This document shows positions 56,842 to 64,000 of a DNA stretch of 64,000 bases, one piece after another; within the stretch, counting starts at the first letter, position 1, and each line of letters opens with the position of its first letter. Position numbers and translations under genes: made by a program. The stretch is taken from positions 76,207-140,206 of the forward strand of contig JBBTQQ010000001.1 in assembly GCA_038065615.1 (NCBI GenBank). The letters are read 5' to 3'. This DNA is from Patescibacteria group bacterium. GTDB lineage: Bacteria > Patescibacteriota > Doudnabacteria > UBA920 > VMFF01. The notes below the pieces were generated by a model, which did not search any database, was not told the origin of the DNA, and was given only the letters and a program-made list of their open reading frames with translations.

Positions 56842-59010
56842 TTATATTTTTAATTTAGATTCAACCCGTTTTAATAGAACAGCGTTGGTTGCAACAATGA
56901 TTGATGAAGCAGACATAAGCAAAGCAGAAATTTCTGGTCTTAACATTAGTCCAAATGAGGTGTAAAAAACACCGGCTGCAACAGGAATAGCCAAAACATT
57001 GTATATCGCCGCCCAGAAAAGATTCTGCTTCATTTTAGTAACAGTTGCTTTAGAAAGGCGTATAGCAGCAACAATATCATATGGATCGGATTTCATCAAA
57101 ACAATATTACCAGTCTCAATCGCGACGTCTGTGCCAGCGCCAATAGCGATACCAATGTCAGCCTGTGCTAAAGCAGGAGCGTCATTAATACCATCACCAA
57201 CCATGGCCACAAACTTTCCTTCTTCCTGCAGTTTTTTTACGTATTTTACCTTATCCTCTGGTAAGACCTCGGCAAATATGCGATCAATACCTAATCCCTG
57301 ACCAACTGCTTCAGCAACTTTCACATGATCGCCGGTAATCATAATTACTTCTAACCCCAATTCTTTTAATTTTTGAACTGTTTTTTTGGAACTCGGTTTG
57401 ATAGCATCTGCCACGGCAATTATGCCAACAAGTTTGCCGTCTATGGACAAAATACTAAGGGTCTTTCCTTGGTTTGCAAGCTTATCAATTTCACCTCTTG
57501 CAACTGTAGCATCGACGTTGTTGTTCTGCAACAATTTTTCATTGCCTGAAAAAACAGTCTTTCCGTCTATGACACCCTTGATACCAAAACCAGCAATTGA
57601 AGACATTTGAATTCCTTGTTTCAGAATCAATCCACGATTCTTAGACTCATCAATAATTGATTTAGAAATCGGGTGATTGGAACCTAAACCAACACTGGCC
57701 TGATATATTAAAACGTCATCTTCGCTAAAACCATTAAAAGCTATAACGTCAGTGACTTTAGGCTTACCTTCTGTGAGAGTACCAGTTTTGTCCAAAACAA
57801 TGGCAGTAAGACGTGAGGTATTTTCTAAGGTCGCGGCGTCTTTAATGAGAATATTATTTTTTGCTCCAATACCTGTTCCTACTGCAACGACCGTTGGGGT
57901 GGCAAGTCCAAGCGCATCCGGACAAGCAATAACTACCGCTGAGATGGCAAAGGTCAAAGCAGTAAGTGCTGATGCGTCAGCCCCAAAATACCAACTCAAA
58001 AATGTTGCCAACCCTGAACCAACCGCAACTATAACCAACCTCCCTGCCCAACGATCTGCAATACGCTGACCTGGTGCCTTAGAGTTCTGGGCTGTTTCGA
58101 CCATTTTAATAATATGAGCGAGTACGGTTTCTGAACCCACTTTTGTAGCTTTAAACTTTATAACCCCCGTAACATTAACTGAACCACCAACAACTTTGTC
58201 GTTAACAACTTTAGTAACTGGCATTGATTCACCTGTCACTAATGATTCATCAATAGTACTTTCGCCTTCTGTAATTACACCGTCTACCGGTATTTTGTCA
58301 CCTGGTTTTACTAGAACAATATCATCTTGTATAATCTCGGCGCTTTGAATATTAAACTCCAAACCGTTTCGTATTACGGTTGCTTTCGGAGGTACTAAAT
58401 CAAACAAAGCTTGTAAAGAATCTGAGGTTCCTTTGCGCGAACGCATTTCCATCCAGTGACCAAAGAGCACAAAGGTAACTAACAATGCAGCTGCTTCATA
58501 GAACGTTTCTTCTGAACCAATAAAGGTTAGCAGGACGCTAAAGGCATATGCAGCGAGAACGCCGGTTGCTATTAAGACCGCCATGTTAAGCTTTTTTGCT
58601 TTCAAGGAATAGTATGTACCAGTTATGAAGATAGAGCCTGTCCAAAAGACAATTGGTGTGGTTAGAATAAAAAGAATCCAGTTGATTGGAATTGGAGTTG
58701 GTAGATTAAGCTTAAAGAAATTAACTCCAACCGGAGAATAGAGGAAAATCGGTATTGAAAGCAAAAATGAAATCAAGAATCGTTTACGCATATCTGCTTC
58801 CATATGCTTGGCCATAGCAGGATTAGTCATTGCTGATTCGTGATCATGGTGACTCATCTCCTGCATATTTTCTGTTTGAGGGATAGTTGTTTCTTTAGGA
58901 ATTAAATCCATGCCACAACCAGGACATTTACCTGGCGCACTTCTTATTACTTCCGGATGCATCGGACAAGTATAGATTGTATTTGATTGTTGATGATTGT
59001 GATTATTCAT
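56842..59010 (-). CDS. Heavy-metal (copper-type) P1B ATPase
   Basis: YTCPMHP, TGES, CPDALGLATP, DKTGT, HP, GDGINDAP, YN, MSASS. Confidence 0.93.
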   Translation of the reverse strand: MNNHNHQQSNTIYTCPMHPEVIRSAPGKCPGCGMDLIPKETTIPQTENMQEMSHHDHESAMTNPAMAKHMEADMRKRFLISFLLSIPIFLYSPVGVNFFKLNLPTPIPINWILFILTTPIVFWTGSIFITGTYYSLKAKKLNMAVLIATGVLAAYAFSVLLTFIGSEETFYEAAALLVTFVLFGHWMEMRSRKGTSDSLQALFDLVPPKATVIRNGLEFNIQSAEIIQDDIVLVKPGDKIPVDGVITEGESTIDESLVTGESMPVTKVVNDKVVGGSVNVTGVIKFKATKVGSETVLAHIIKMVETAQNSKAPGQRIADRWAGRLVIVAVGSGLATFLSWYFGADASALTALTFAISAVVIACPDALGLATPTVVAVGTGIGAKNNILIKDAATLENTSRLTAIVLDKTGTLTEGKPKVTDVIAFNGFSEDDVLIYQASVGLGSNHPISKSIIDESKNRGLILKQGIQMSSIAGFGIKGVIDGKTVFSGNEKLLQNNNVDATVARGEIDKLANQGKTLSILSIDGKLVGIIAVADAIKPSSKKTVQKLKELGLEVIMITGDHVKVAEAVGQGLGIDRIFAEVLPEDKVKYVKKLQEEGKFVAMVGDGINDAPALAQADIGIAIGAGTDVAIETGNIVLMKSDPYDIVAAIRLSKATVTKMKQNLFWAAIYNVLAIPVAAGVFYTSFGLMLRPEISALLMSASSIIVATNAVLLKRVESKLKI

Positions 59011-59018
59011 GTGAGTTA

Positions 59019-59612
59019 TTAATATTTTGAGATCATTTCAAACAATTTGTCGTTGTTTATAGCCATATTCGCATCATCAAAGACGTCCCTAACTATTCCT
59101 TGCTTGTCTATCATTATATAGGTGTGCCCTGGAAGTTGCCCTGCATGCATTGAAGACCCCATTGATACAATTCCGAGCTGACGAGAAGAAATCGCGTCCT
59201 GATCGAATAACGTGGTAACTTTTGCTAGATCCGGCATTTTATCAATCGCTTTCTGCCAGTCTGCTACTGAATCGGCTACTACTGAATCGGCTATTATGTC
59301 ATCGCTGTTGAATCGATTGTCTGTACCGAAAGCTGCCATTTGATCCCAACAAGCTGGATAACACATTAATCCTTCATTGAAAAACAAAACAGCATTCTTT
59401 CCCTTTAAACTAGAAAAATCATAAACATTCCCAGTATTGTCTCTAAGCTGCATATCAGGCAAAGGCTTGCCTATCAAACTATTGGTACTTGTTATTGCTT
59501 TCTGCTCCTGTTCACTAGTCTTGCTGGTATTTAATAGCGCTAACCCTAAAACTACCAAAGCAATAGCAATTAAGCCGACTAAACCTATTCCCTTTATTTT
59601 ATCATTAATCAT
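59019..59612 (-). CDS. Membrane-anchored redoxin/thioredoxin-fold protein
   Basis: LKGKNAVLFF...CYPAC; IDKQGIVR. Confidence 0.7.
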   Translation of the reverse strand: MINDKIKGIGLVGLIAIALVVLGLALLNTSKTSEQEQKAITSTNSLIGKPLPDMQLRDNTGNVYDFSSLKGKNAVLFFNEGLMCYPACWDQMAAFGTDNRFNSDDIIADSVVADSVADWQKAIDKMPDLAKVTTLFDQDAISSRQLGIVSMGSSMHAGQLPGHTYIMIDKQGIVRDVFDDANMAINNDKLFEMISKY

Positions 59613-60462
59613 GTTTTTTAAATTGTTTAATAGCATAAATTATTAGCATAACGAAAATCAACAGAACGATTCCTGCCCATACTGACTCTGGAACTTTTTG
59701 AGTAAATCCGCGAATTGAACTGACGATATTAGCAACAATGATATTAGTAGAAAGCTGATAATTGGATTGCATCGCCAATCTGTTTACTAGAGCTAAATAT
59801 ATTATATATATACCGACACCAAGAAAAACAAAACCAGCGACAGCACTAGCCAAGTTAAAACGCCAGGTAAAATCTTTGATCTTTAAAGTTCTTGGTTTTC
59901 TTAAAGAAACAAATTTTTGTGTGAAGTTTATCTTGTCCAAATAAAAAGCGATTAAGAATAGAGGAGTTACCATACCTAAAACATAACTCAATGTGTAGAC
60001 ACCACCCCAAAGAATGCTTCCGCTTGTAACTGAAAGTGCTAAAACTCCTGCCAGCACAGGCGCGCAACATGTTGTTGCTATAGCTGAAAAAATACCAAGC
60101 ATATAAACAGAAAGGACACTATATTTCTTTACCGAAGGTTTTATGAATGCCGGCAATGACATATCCATACCGATCAGAAGCGCTATACCTAAACCAGAAA
60201 GCATTAATCCTCCTAAAGTAAAAACTAAATTATGATATCTATTAAATACCTGAGCCAAAGCTGAAGCCCCAAGACCTATTGGCAAGAAGACTGTCAAAAT
60301 CCCTAGGAAGAATATAAAGGTCATTAAGACTACCTTGTATCGTTCTTTAAACACTGACCCTAAATATGAGGGCAGCAAAACTGTTATGCAGCATGGTGCA
60401 AACAGAGCAGCTATTCCGGCAATGAATGCCGCGACTATTGATGTGCTTGAAAGTAAATCCAT
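59605..60462 (-). CDS. CcdA/DsbD-like transmembrane thiol-disulfide transporter
   Basis: FAPCCITVLLPSY and TCCAPVLAG. Confidence 0.8.
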   Translation of the reverse strand: MDLLSSTSIVAAFIAGIAALFAPCCITVLLPSYLGSVFKERYKVVLMTFIFFLGILTVFLPIGLGASALAQVFNRYHNLVFTLGGLMLSGLGIALLIGMDMSLPAFIKPSVKKYSVLSVYMLGIFSAIATTCCAPVLAGVLALSVTSGSILWGGVYTLSYVLGMVTPLFLIAFYLDKINFTQKFVSLRKPRTLKIKDFTWRFNLASAVAGFVFLGVGIYIIYLALVNRLAMQSNYQLSTNIIVANIVSSIRGFTQKVPESVWAGIVLLIFVMLIIYAIKQFKKHD

Positions 60463-60465
60463 AAG

Positions 60466-60645
60466 TTATTCCTTAAACCTTTCGTCGTCTTCAACAGACA
60501 AACTTTTTGCTTCTTCCTTGTTAATGGCTAGTTTAGCAATGAGGTAATTGCAACTATCGTGTGTACTACACCACACTTCACAATCTTTTGCAGTCTTTTC
60601 GTCCGTGTATTTTAATTTACAAATTTTGCATTGGTAGATAGTCAT
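60466..60645 (-). CDS. Small Cys-rich putative metal-binding protein
   Basis: CKIC...CEVWC...HDSC; ATGA overlap with the upstream gene. Confidence 0.6.
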   Translation of the reverse strand: MTIYQCKICKLKYTDEKTAKDCEVWCSTHDSCNYLIAKLAINKEEAKSLSVEDDERFKE

Positions 60646-61355
60646 AAATTTTTTAACCTTCTCCATGTAAAATGTTCGTAAACACTAGACCAATAAAAAC
60701 CGAGAATGATTGCAAATAACAACTCCTCAAGCGGGATGCCGGTGACAAGGACACCTGATAAGTTTTCCAGATTCCAAACTTGCCTAACGTAACCCGGATA
60801 TGCTGCAATTAGAACCAAAAAATAGAAGTAATAGAGGATGAAAAATAACACGGCACTAATAAACATCTTTTTTGTTAAATCTGGTCGGCAATAAGCAGCA
60901 AGCAAACCGCCAATTGTTCCCGCAATTATAAAATCGTATATTGGATTGAGGTTGGTGCTGAAAAAGAAAAAGATTATCAAAACAGGTACTGACCACCAAA
61001 TGGCACGATGGAATCGGTGTCTGTAAGAATGGTGATTACTGGAAATCTTTCTTTCAATCTTATGGAATATCGCACTATATAAAGAGAAGACTATACCACC
61101 GGCTGCAAAGGCGAAAATCAAACTCTCAATATCGAAACCCGTACGGTGTGCCAGGTCAAAAAGTGATGGTGGGCTCCAATAAGCGGGAACAAAAATCGGT
61201 TCAGTAAATCCAAGTAAAGATGTCCACAAACTAATGATAAGCATTTCTTTCCTTGCTCTACTATTTTTCAGAAAAAAATAAATTATCGCCCATATCACGA
61301 CAAGAAGTAAGCTCCAGAATAACCAAACTAGTTGTGGCTCATGAATATTGATCAC
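60642..61355 (-). CDS. Lycopene-cyclase-domain-like membrane protein
   Basis: Two repeats with DIESLIF and GIPLEELLFA. Confidence 0.6.
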   Translation of the reverse strand: MINIHEPQLVWLFWSLLLVVIWAIIYFFLKNSRARKEMLIISLWTSLLGFTEPIFVPAYWSPPSLFDLAHRTGFDIESLIFAFAAGGIVFSLYSAIFHKIERKISSNHHSYRHRFHRAIWWSVPVLIIFFFFSTNLNPIYDFIIAGTIGGLLAAYCRPDLTKKMFISAVLFFILYYFYFLVLIAAYPGYVRQVWNLENLSGVLVTGIPLEELLFAIILGFYWSSVYEHFTWRRLKNL

Positions 61356-61356
61356 T

Positions 61357-61797
61357 TCATTCTAAATCCCATATTAATGATCGTTCCGATATACCACCAA
61401 CATCTTTTATTCTCAACTCAATATATTTTGGAACTGAATTAATGCTTCTAAAAATCAAAGTTCCTTCTCGATGATGACCACCAGACCCAGGTCCTTCCCA
61501 AGACAAAGGTTCAAAAACATTCCCTTTATCATCAATTAAACTTATAACCTTTGTGGGATCCTGATCTAACTCTTCTGAGTGGGTAGTAAAAGTAACTGTG
61601 AATTTCCATTGACTTGTATTTTTTCCTAAATCTATCGGTGTTGCTTTAACGAGCACCGAACCTTGTTCATCAGTTTTAGTTTGCCATTGCTTTACAACCA
61701 CCTGCTGATTACCCCTGTTCTGCCCTTTGTAAACCATAAAATAATAATAGGACAAAAAGATTAATATTAAAATAGCCACCAATCGCAAGTATCTCAT
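61357..61797 (-). CDS. Hypothetical exported protein
   Basis: N-terminal TM, THSEEL, GGHHREG. Confidence 0.65.
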   Translation of the reverse strand: MRYLRLVAILILIFLSYYYFMVYKGQNRGNQQVVVKQWQTKTDEQGSVLVKATPIDLGKNTSQWKFTVTFTTHSEELDQDPTKVISLIDDKGNVFEPLSWEGPGSGGHHREGTLIFRSINSVPKYIELRIKDVGGISERSLIWDLE

Positions 61798-62234
61798 ACT
61801 CCTTTTACTTTCTGTACTTTATGAATCATGTATATAATTCCTGCGACGTTAAAAAGTAGTCCTACCCAGAAAAATTGCGTCTGGTATTGAGCAATAAAAG
61901 TTACCAATCCGACAGTTCCTAGAATGGGAAGGATATTGGTTAAATAATGCGCACAACAAGATATCATGGCAGCGGTCGATGTGGTTGCTGTTACTCCCAA
62001 GACTTTTCCTGAACCACGACCACTGGCGACTAATATTTTTAAATAAGTGTACAATCCAACCTGGATACCAAAACCTAAAGCTAGACTGATGATAAAATAC
62101 CAATAGGTTGCGAATTGTGTTTTGGCAAACGACCAGTCTGAAATTAAACCAACTACTAAGAAATACAATATCAACATTATCAGGGTAGCAATTACGCCAT
62201 TGCGCATCGGTTTTTCGATGAAAGATCGCTCCAT
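61794..62234 (-). CDS. Hypothetical membrane protein with CCAH motif
   Basis: Multi-TM, MISCCAHY. Confidence 0.65.
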   Translation of the reverse strand: MERSFIEKPMRNGVIATLIMLILYFLVVGLISDWSFAKTQFATYWYFIISLALGFGIQVGLYTYLKILVASGRGSGKVLGVTATTSTAAMISCCAHYLTNILPILGTVGLVTFIAQYQTQFFWVGLLFNVAGIIYMIHKVQKVKGV

Positions 62235-62240
62235 AGAAAT

Positions 62241-62444
62241 TTAAACGTAAGCAGCAGGGTCTTCATCGAACTGCTGTTTACAATACTCAGAACAAAAATA
62301 ATAAGGATTGTTCTGATATTCTGTCTTTATCATGTCATTTACAGACATACCACAAACGGGATCTTTGTGCCCAACATTTGTTGGCTTAACAAAATAACCA
62401 GATTTAGTTATTTTTTTTATTAATGACTTAATTTTGTGATGCAT
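62241..62444 (-). CDS. YHS domain protein
   Basis: DPVCGM...YYFCSEYCKQQF. Confidence 0.85.
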   Translation of the reverse strand: MHHKIKSLIKKITKSGYFVKPTNVGHKDPVCGMSVNDMIKTEYQNNPYYFCSEYCKQQFDEDPAAYV

Positions 62445-62454
62445 AGTATATTTT

Positions 62455-62694
62455 TTAATGACAACTGTTATGATCAGAATTAGATTCCACATCTTTTTTA
62501 TCTTTGTTTTGACCTGTTTTTTTCTTAATTATGAAATGCCATATTGCATATACTGCCAAAAAACCTAAAATAATCCATGTGCCTACTCCGAAACTCTTAG
62601 CCCCTACGCCAAAAAAGAGAATCAAAATAACAGGTGCGAGACAGCAAGCCATCATCAACCACATCATTTTAGAATCATGATTATTATGATTCAT
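62455..62694 (-). CDS. Small membrane protein, His/Met/Cys-rich
   Basis: MMWLMMACCLAP, two TM, ends HNSCH. Confidence 0.6.
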   Translation of the reverse strand: MNHNNHDSKMMWLMMACCLAPVILILFFGVGAKSFGVGTWIILGFLAVYAIWHFIIKKKTGQNKDKKDVESNSDHNSCH

Positions 62695-62709
62695 ATACTA
62701 GATTTGTTT

Positions 62710-62979
62710 CTACTTTTCAGTCTTAATACTTGAATTATGCATCCAAACCATGTAAGCACCGAATATCCATGCGAAGATGGCAAAAAGAATTGCGCCCCAT
62801 ACAAAACTTCCAAAGGTTAACCAAGTAAAACCGGGCAAGGTTTCAAATAGTGTGTGGTGCAGTTCTACTGCTCTTGTACTTCTCAGAGGTAAAAGCCCGC
62901 CTAATAGACAAACAATATACACTATTTCTGAACCAAGTATGCACTTCTTAACATAAGACGATAATGATAGTTTTCCCAT
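62710..62979 (-). CDS. Small membrane protein (DUF5676-like)
   Basis: YIVC, LHH, PGFTWL. Confidence 0.55.
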   Translation of the reverse strand: MGKLSLSSYVKKCILGSEIVYIVCLLGGLLPLRSTRAVELHHTLFETLPGFTWLTFGSFVWGAILFAIFAWIFGAYMVWMHNSSIKTEK

Positions 62980-62989
62980 ATATTTGTTA

Positions 62990-63211
62990 TTAAACGATTT
63001 CTCCGCGCTTCTCAAGCATCATGTGATGGATCGTTCCGACCTGAGCCCAGATTGCGATTAGAATAAGGATGATGGCGCAAAACAAAGCGTCAAACTTCGT
63101 AACACCAAAAACAAGATTATCGGATCCTCCTAAGATTGCGCCAATAAATACAATCACTCCTGCTAAACCCACGATAACACTAACTACATGCATTATTTTT
63201 GATAATTTCAT
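62990..63211 (-). CDS. Small two-TM hypothetical protein
   Basis: Hydrophobic; TIHHMM. Confidence 0.6.
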   Translation of the reverse strand: MKLSKIMHVVSVIVGLAGVIVFIGAILGGSDNLVFGVTKFDALFCAIILILIAIWAQVGTIHHMMLEKRGEIV

Positions 63212-63238
63212 ATTTTTATTAGTTAATTAATCTAACAT

Positions 63239-63466
63239 TTAAGCTTTTAAATCCCTTTCTTTTTCTTCAAACTCTTTTTTATCAATCTCACCCTTAGCAT
63301 ACCTTTCCTTTAGGATATCCAGGGCTGATTTTTTATGGAACTTTTCACAGTTACTTCCGCCAAATTCTTTGACTGCCCAAACAATGAGCAAAATAATTAC
63401 AACCCAAAAAACTAACATCATAATACCTCCTCCAATACCCCACATATGACCATAGTTGTACCACAT
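63239..63466 (-). CDS. SHOCT domain membrane protein
   Basis: ALDILKERYAKGEIDKKEFEE. Confidence 0.85.
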   Translation of the reverse strand: MWYNYGHMWGIGGGIMMLVFWVVIILLIVWAVKEFGGSNCEKFHKKSALDILKERYAKGEIDKKEFEEKERDLKA

Positions 63467-63470
63467 ATTT

Positions 63471-63752
63471 TTACCTATTTGATAAGGTGTAAACCTTAAT
63501 TAATTCTTTAATAGCTTTTTCTTCTTGATTCTCATGTTTAATCTGATGCGTGACATGGGTCTTAAGGTGATTCTCAAGCAAAAAAGCATCCAAGCTCTTA
63601 AGCGACCTTTGAATGGAAAGAGACTGCTCCAAAAGAACCGGGCAATACTGTTCAGCTTCAATGGCCTTAATCAAACCCTCTAGCTGCCCCCTTATAATCT
63701 TTGCTCGATGAATAGCTCGTTTCTTAAGCTTCTGGTCTAATGCGTGTTGCAT
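63471..63752 (-). CDS. CsoR/RcnR/FrmR-family metal-sensing repressor
   Basis: RAKIIRGQLEG, YC, ENHLKTH. Confidence 0.88.
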   Translation of the reverse strand: MQHALDQKLKKRAIHRAKIIRGQLEGLIKAIEAEQYCPVLLEQSLSIQRSLKSLDAFLLENHLKTHVTHQIKHENQEEKAIKELIKVYTLSNR

Positions 63753-63777
63753 ACTTATCAACTGTTTTAATTCTTAA

Positions 63778-63822
63778 ATACCCTATACCCCTATATACTA
63801 TCATATGGCATTTTACTGTCAA
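63778..63822 (-). promoter_or_regulatory. Promoter and candidate CsoR-family operator of the metal island
   Basis: TTGACA-16-TAGTAT followed by the G-tract element ATAGGGGTATAGGGTAT. Confidence 0.6.
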
Positions 63823-63874
63823 GTCTAAAACAAAAACACCAGTCTAAACAACTGGTGTGCATGATATATCAATC

Positions 63875-63951
63875 TGGTGAGCCCGGCAGGGATCGAACCT
63901 GCGACCTAGTGCTTAGAAGGCACTCGCTCTATCCAACTGAGCTACGGGCTC
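63875..63951 (-). tRNA. tRNA-Arg(UCU)
   Basis: Cloverleaf; anticodon arm AGTGC-CT TCT AA-GCACT; CCA encoded. Confidence 0.96.
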
Positions 63952-64000
63952 TCGAAAATTACAGAACTACACAATTTTAGCAAACATGGAGCATTTTTTC

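Noticed and set aside
59264-59293. Tandem 15-bp repeat CTACTGAATCGGCTA
   Set aside because: Two in-frame copies within the redoxin gene; not an array.
1-64000. CRISPR array, rRNA, IS transposase, prophage genes, alternative genetic code
   Set aside because: None seen; TGA and TAG terminate recognisable genes normally.

Overview
AT-rich bacterial chromosome segment in standard genetic code, most consistent with a Patescibacteria/CPR organism (inference: no L30 in the spc cluster, fusA separated from tuf, SD-poor gene starts, CPR-type DGR). Housekeeping genes, nearly all on the minus strand, include tpiA, galT, htrA, map, two adk, secY, the S10-spc ribosomal proteins, tuf, fusA/rpsG/rpsL, parB, glyA, leuS, metG, glyQS, tgt, pnp, rpsO and two tRNAs. 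Accessory content: a complete diversity-generating retroelement (RT, antisense avd broken at a C9 run, 134-bp TR/VR pair with 20/20 differences at TR adenines), an NNMT-like methyltransferase plus GNAT pair nested inside a two-component system, and a CsoR-type copper island. The most unusual observation is a non-coding module present twice (about 25.9 kb and 42.7 kb). Each copy has a 73-nt tRNA-like gene with alanine identity (G3:U70, A73, CCA) and an abnormal anticodon loop containing CUUAYCAA. Each is followed by a sigma70 promoter, a short RNA complementary to that copy's own anticodon arm, and a near-identical terminator. This is a candidate tRNA-mimic/antisense-RNA system that I cannot assign to a known family. 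All alignments and counts were done by eye.
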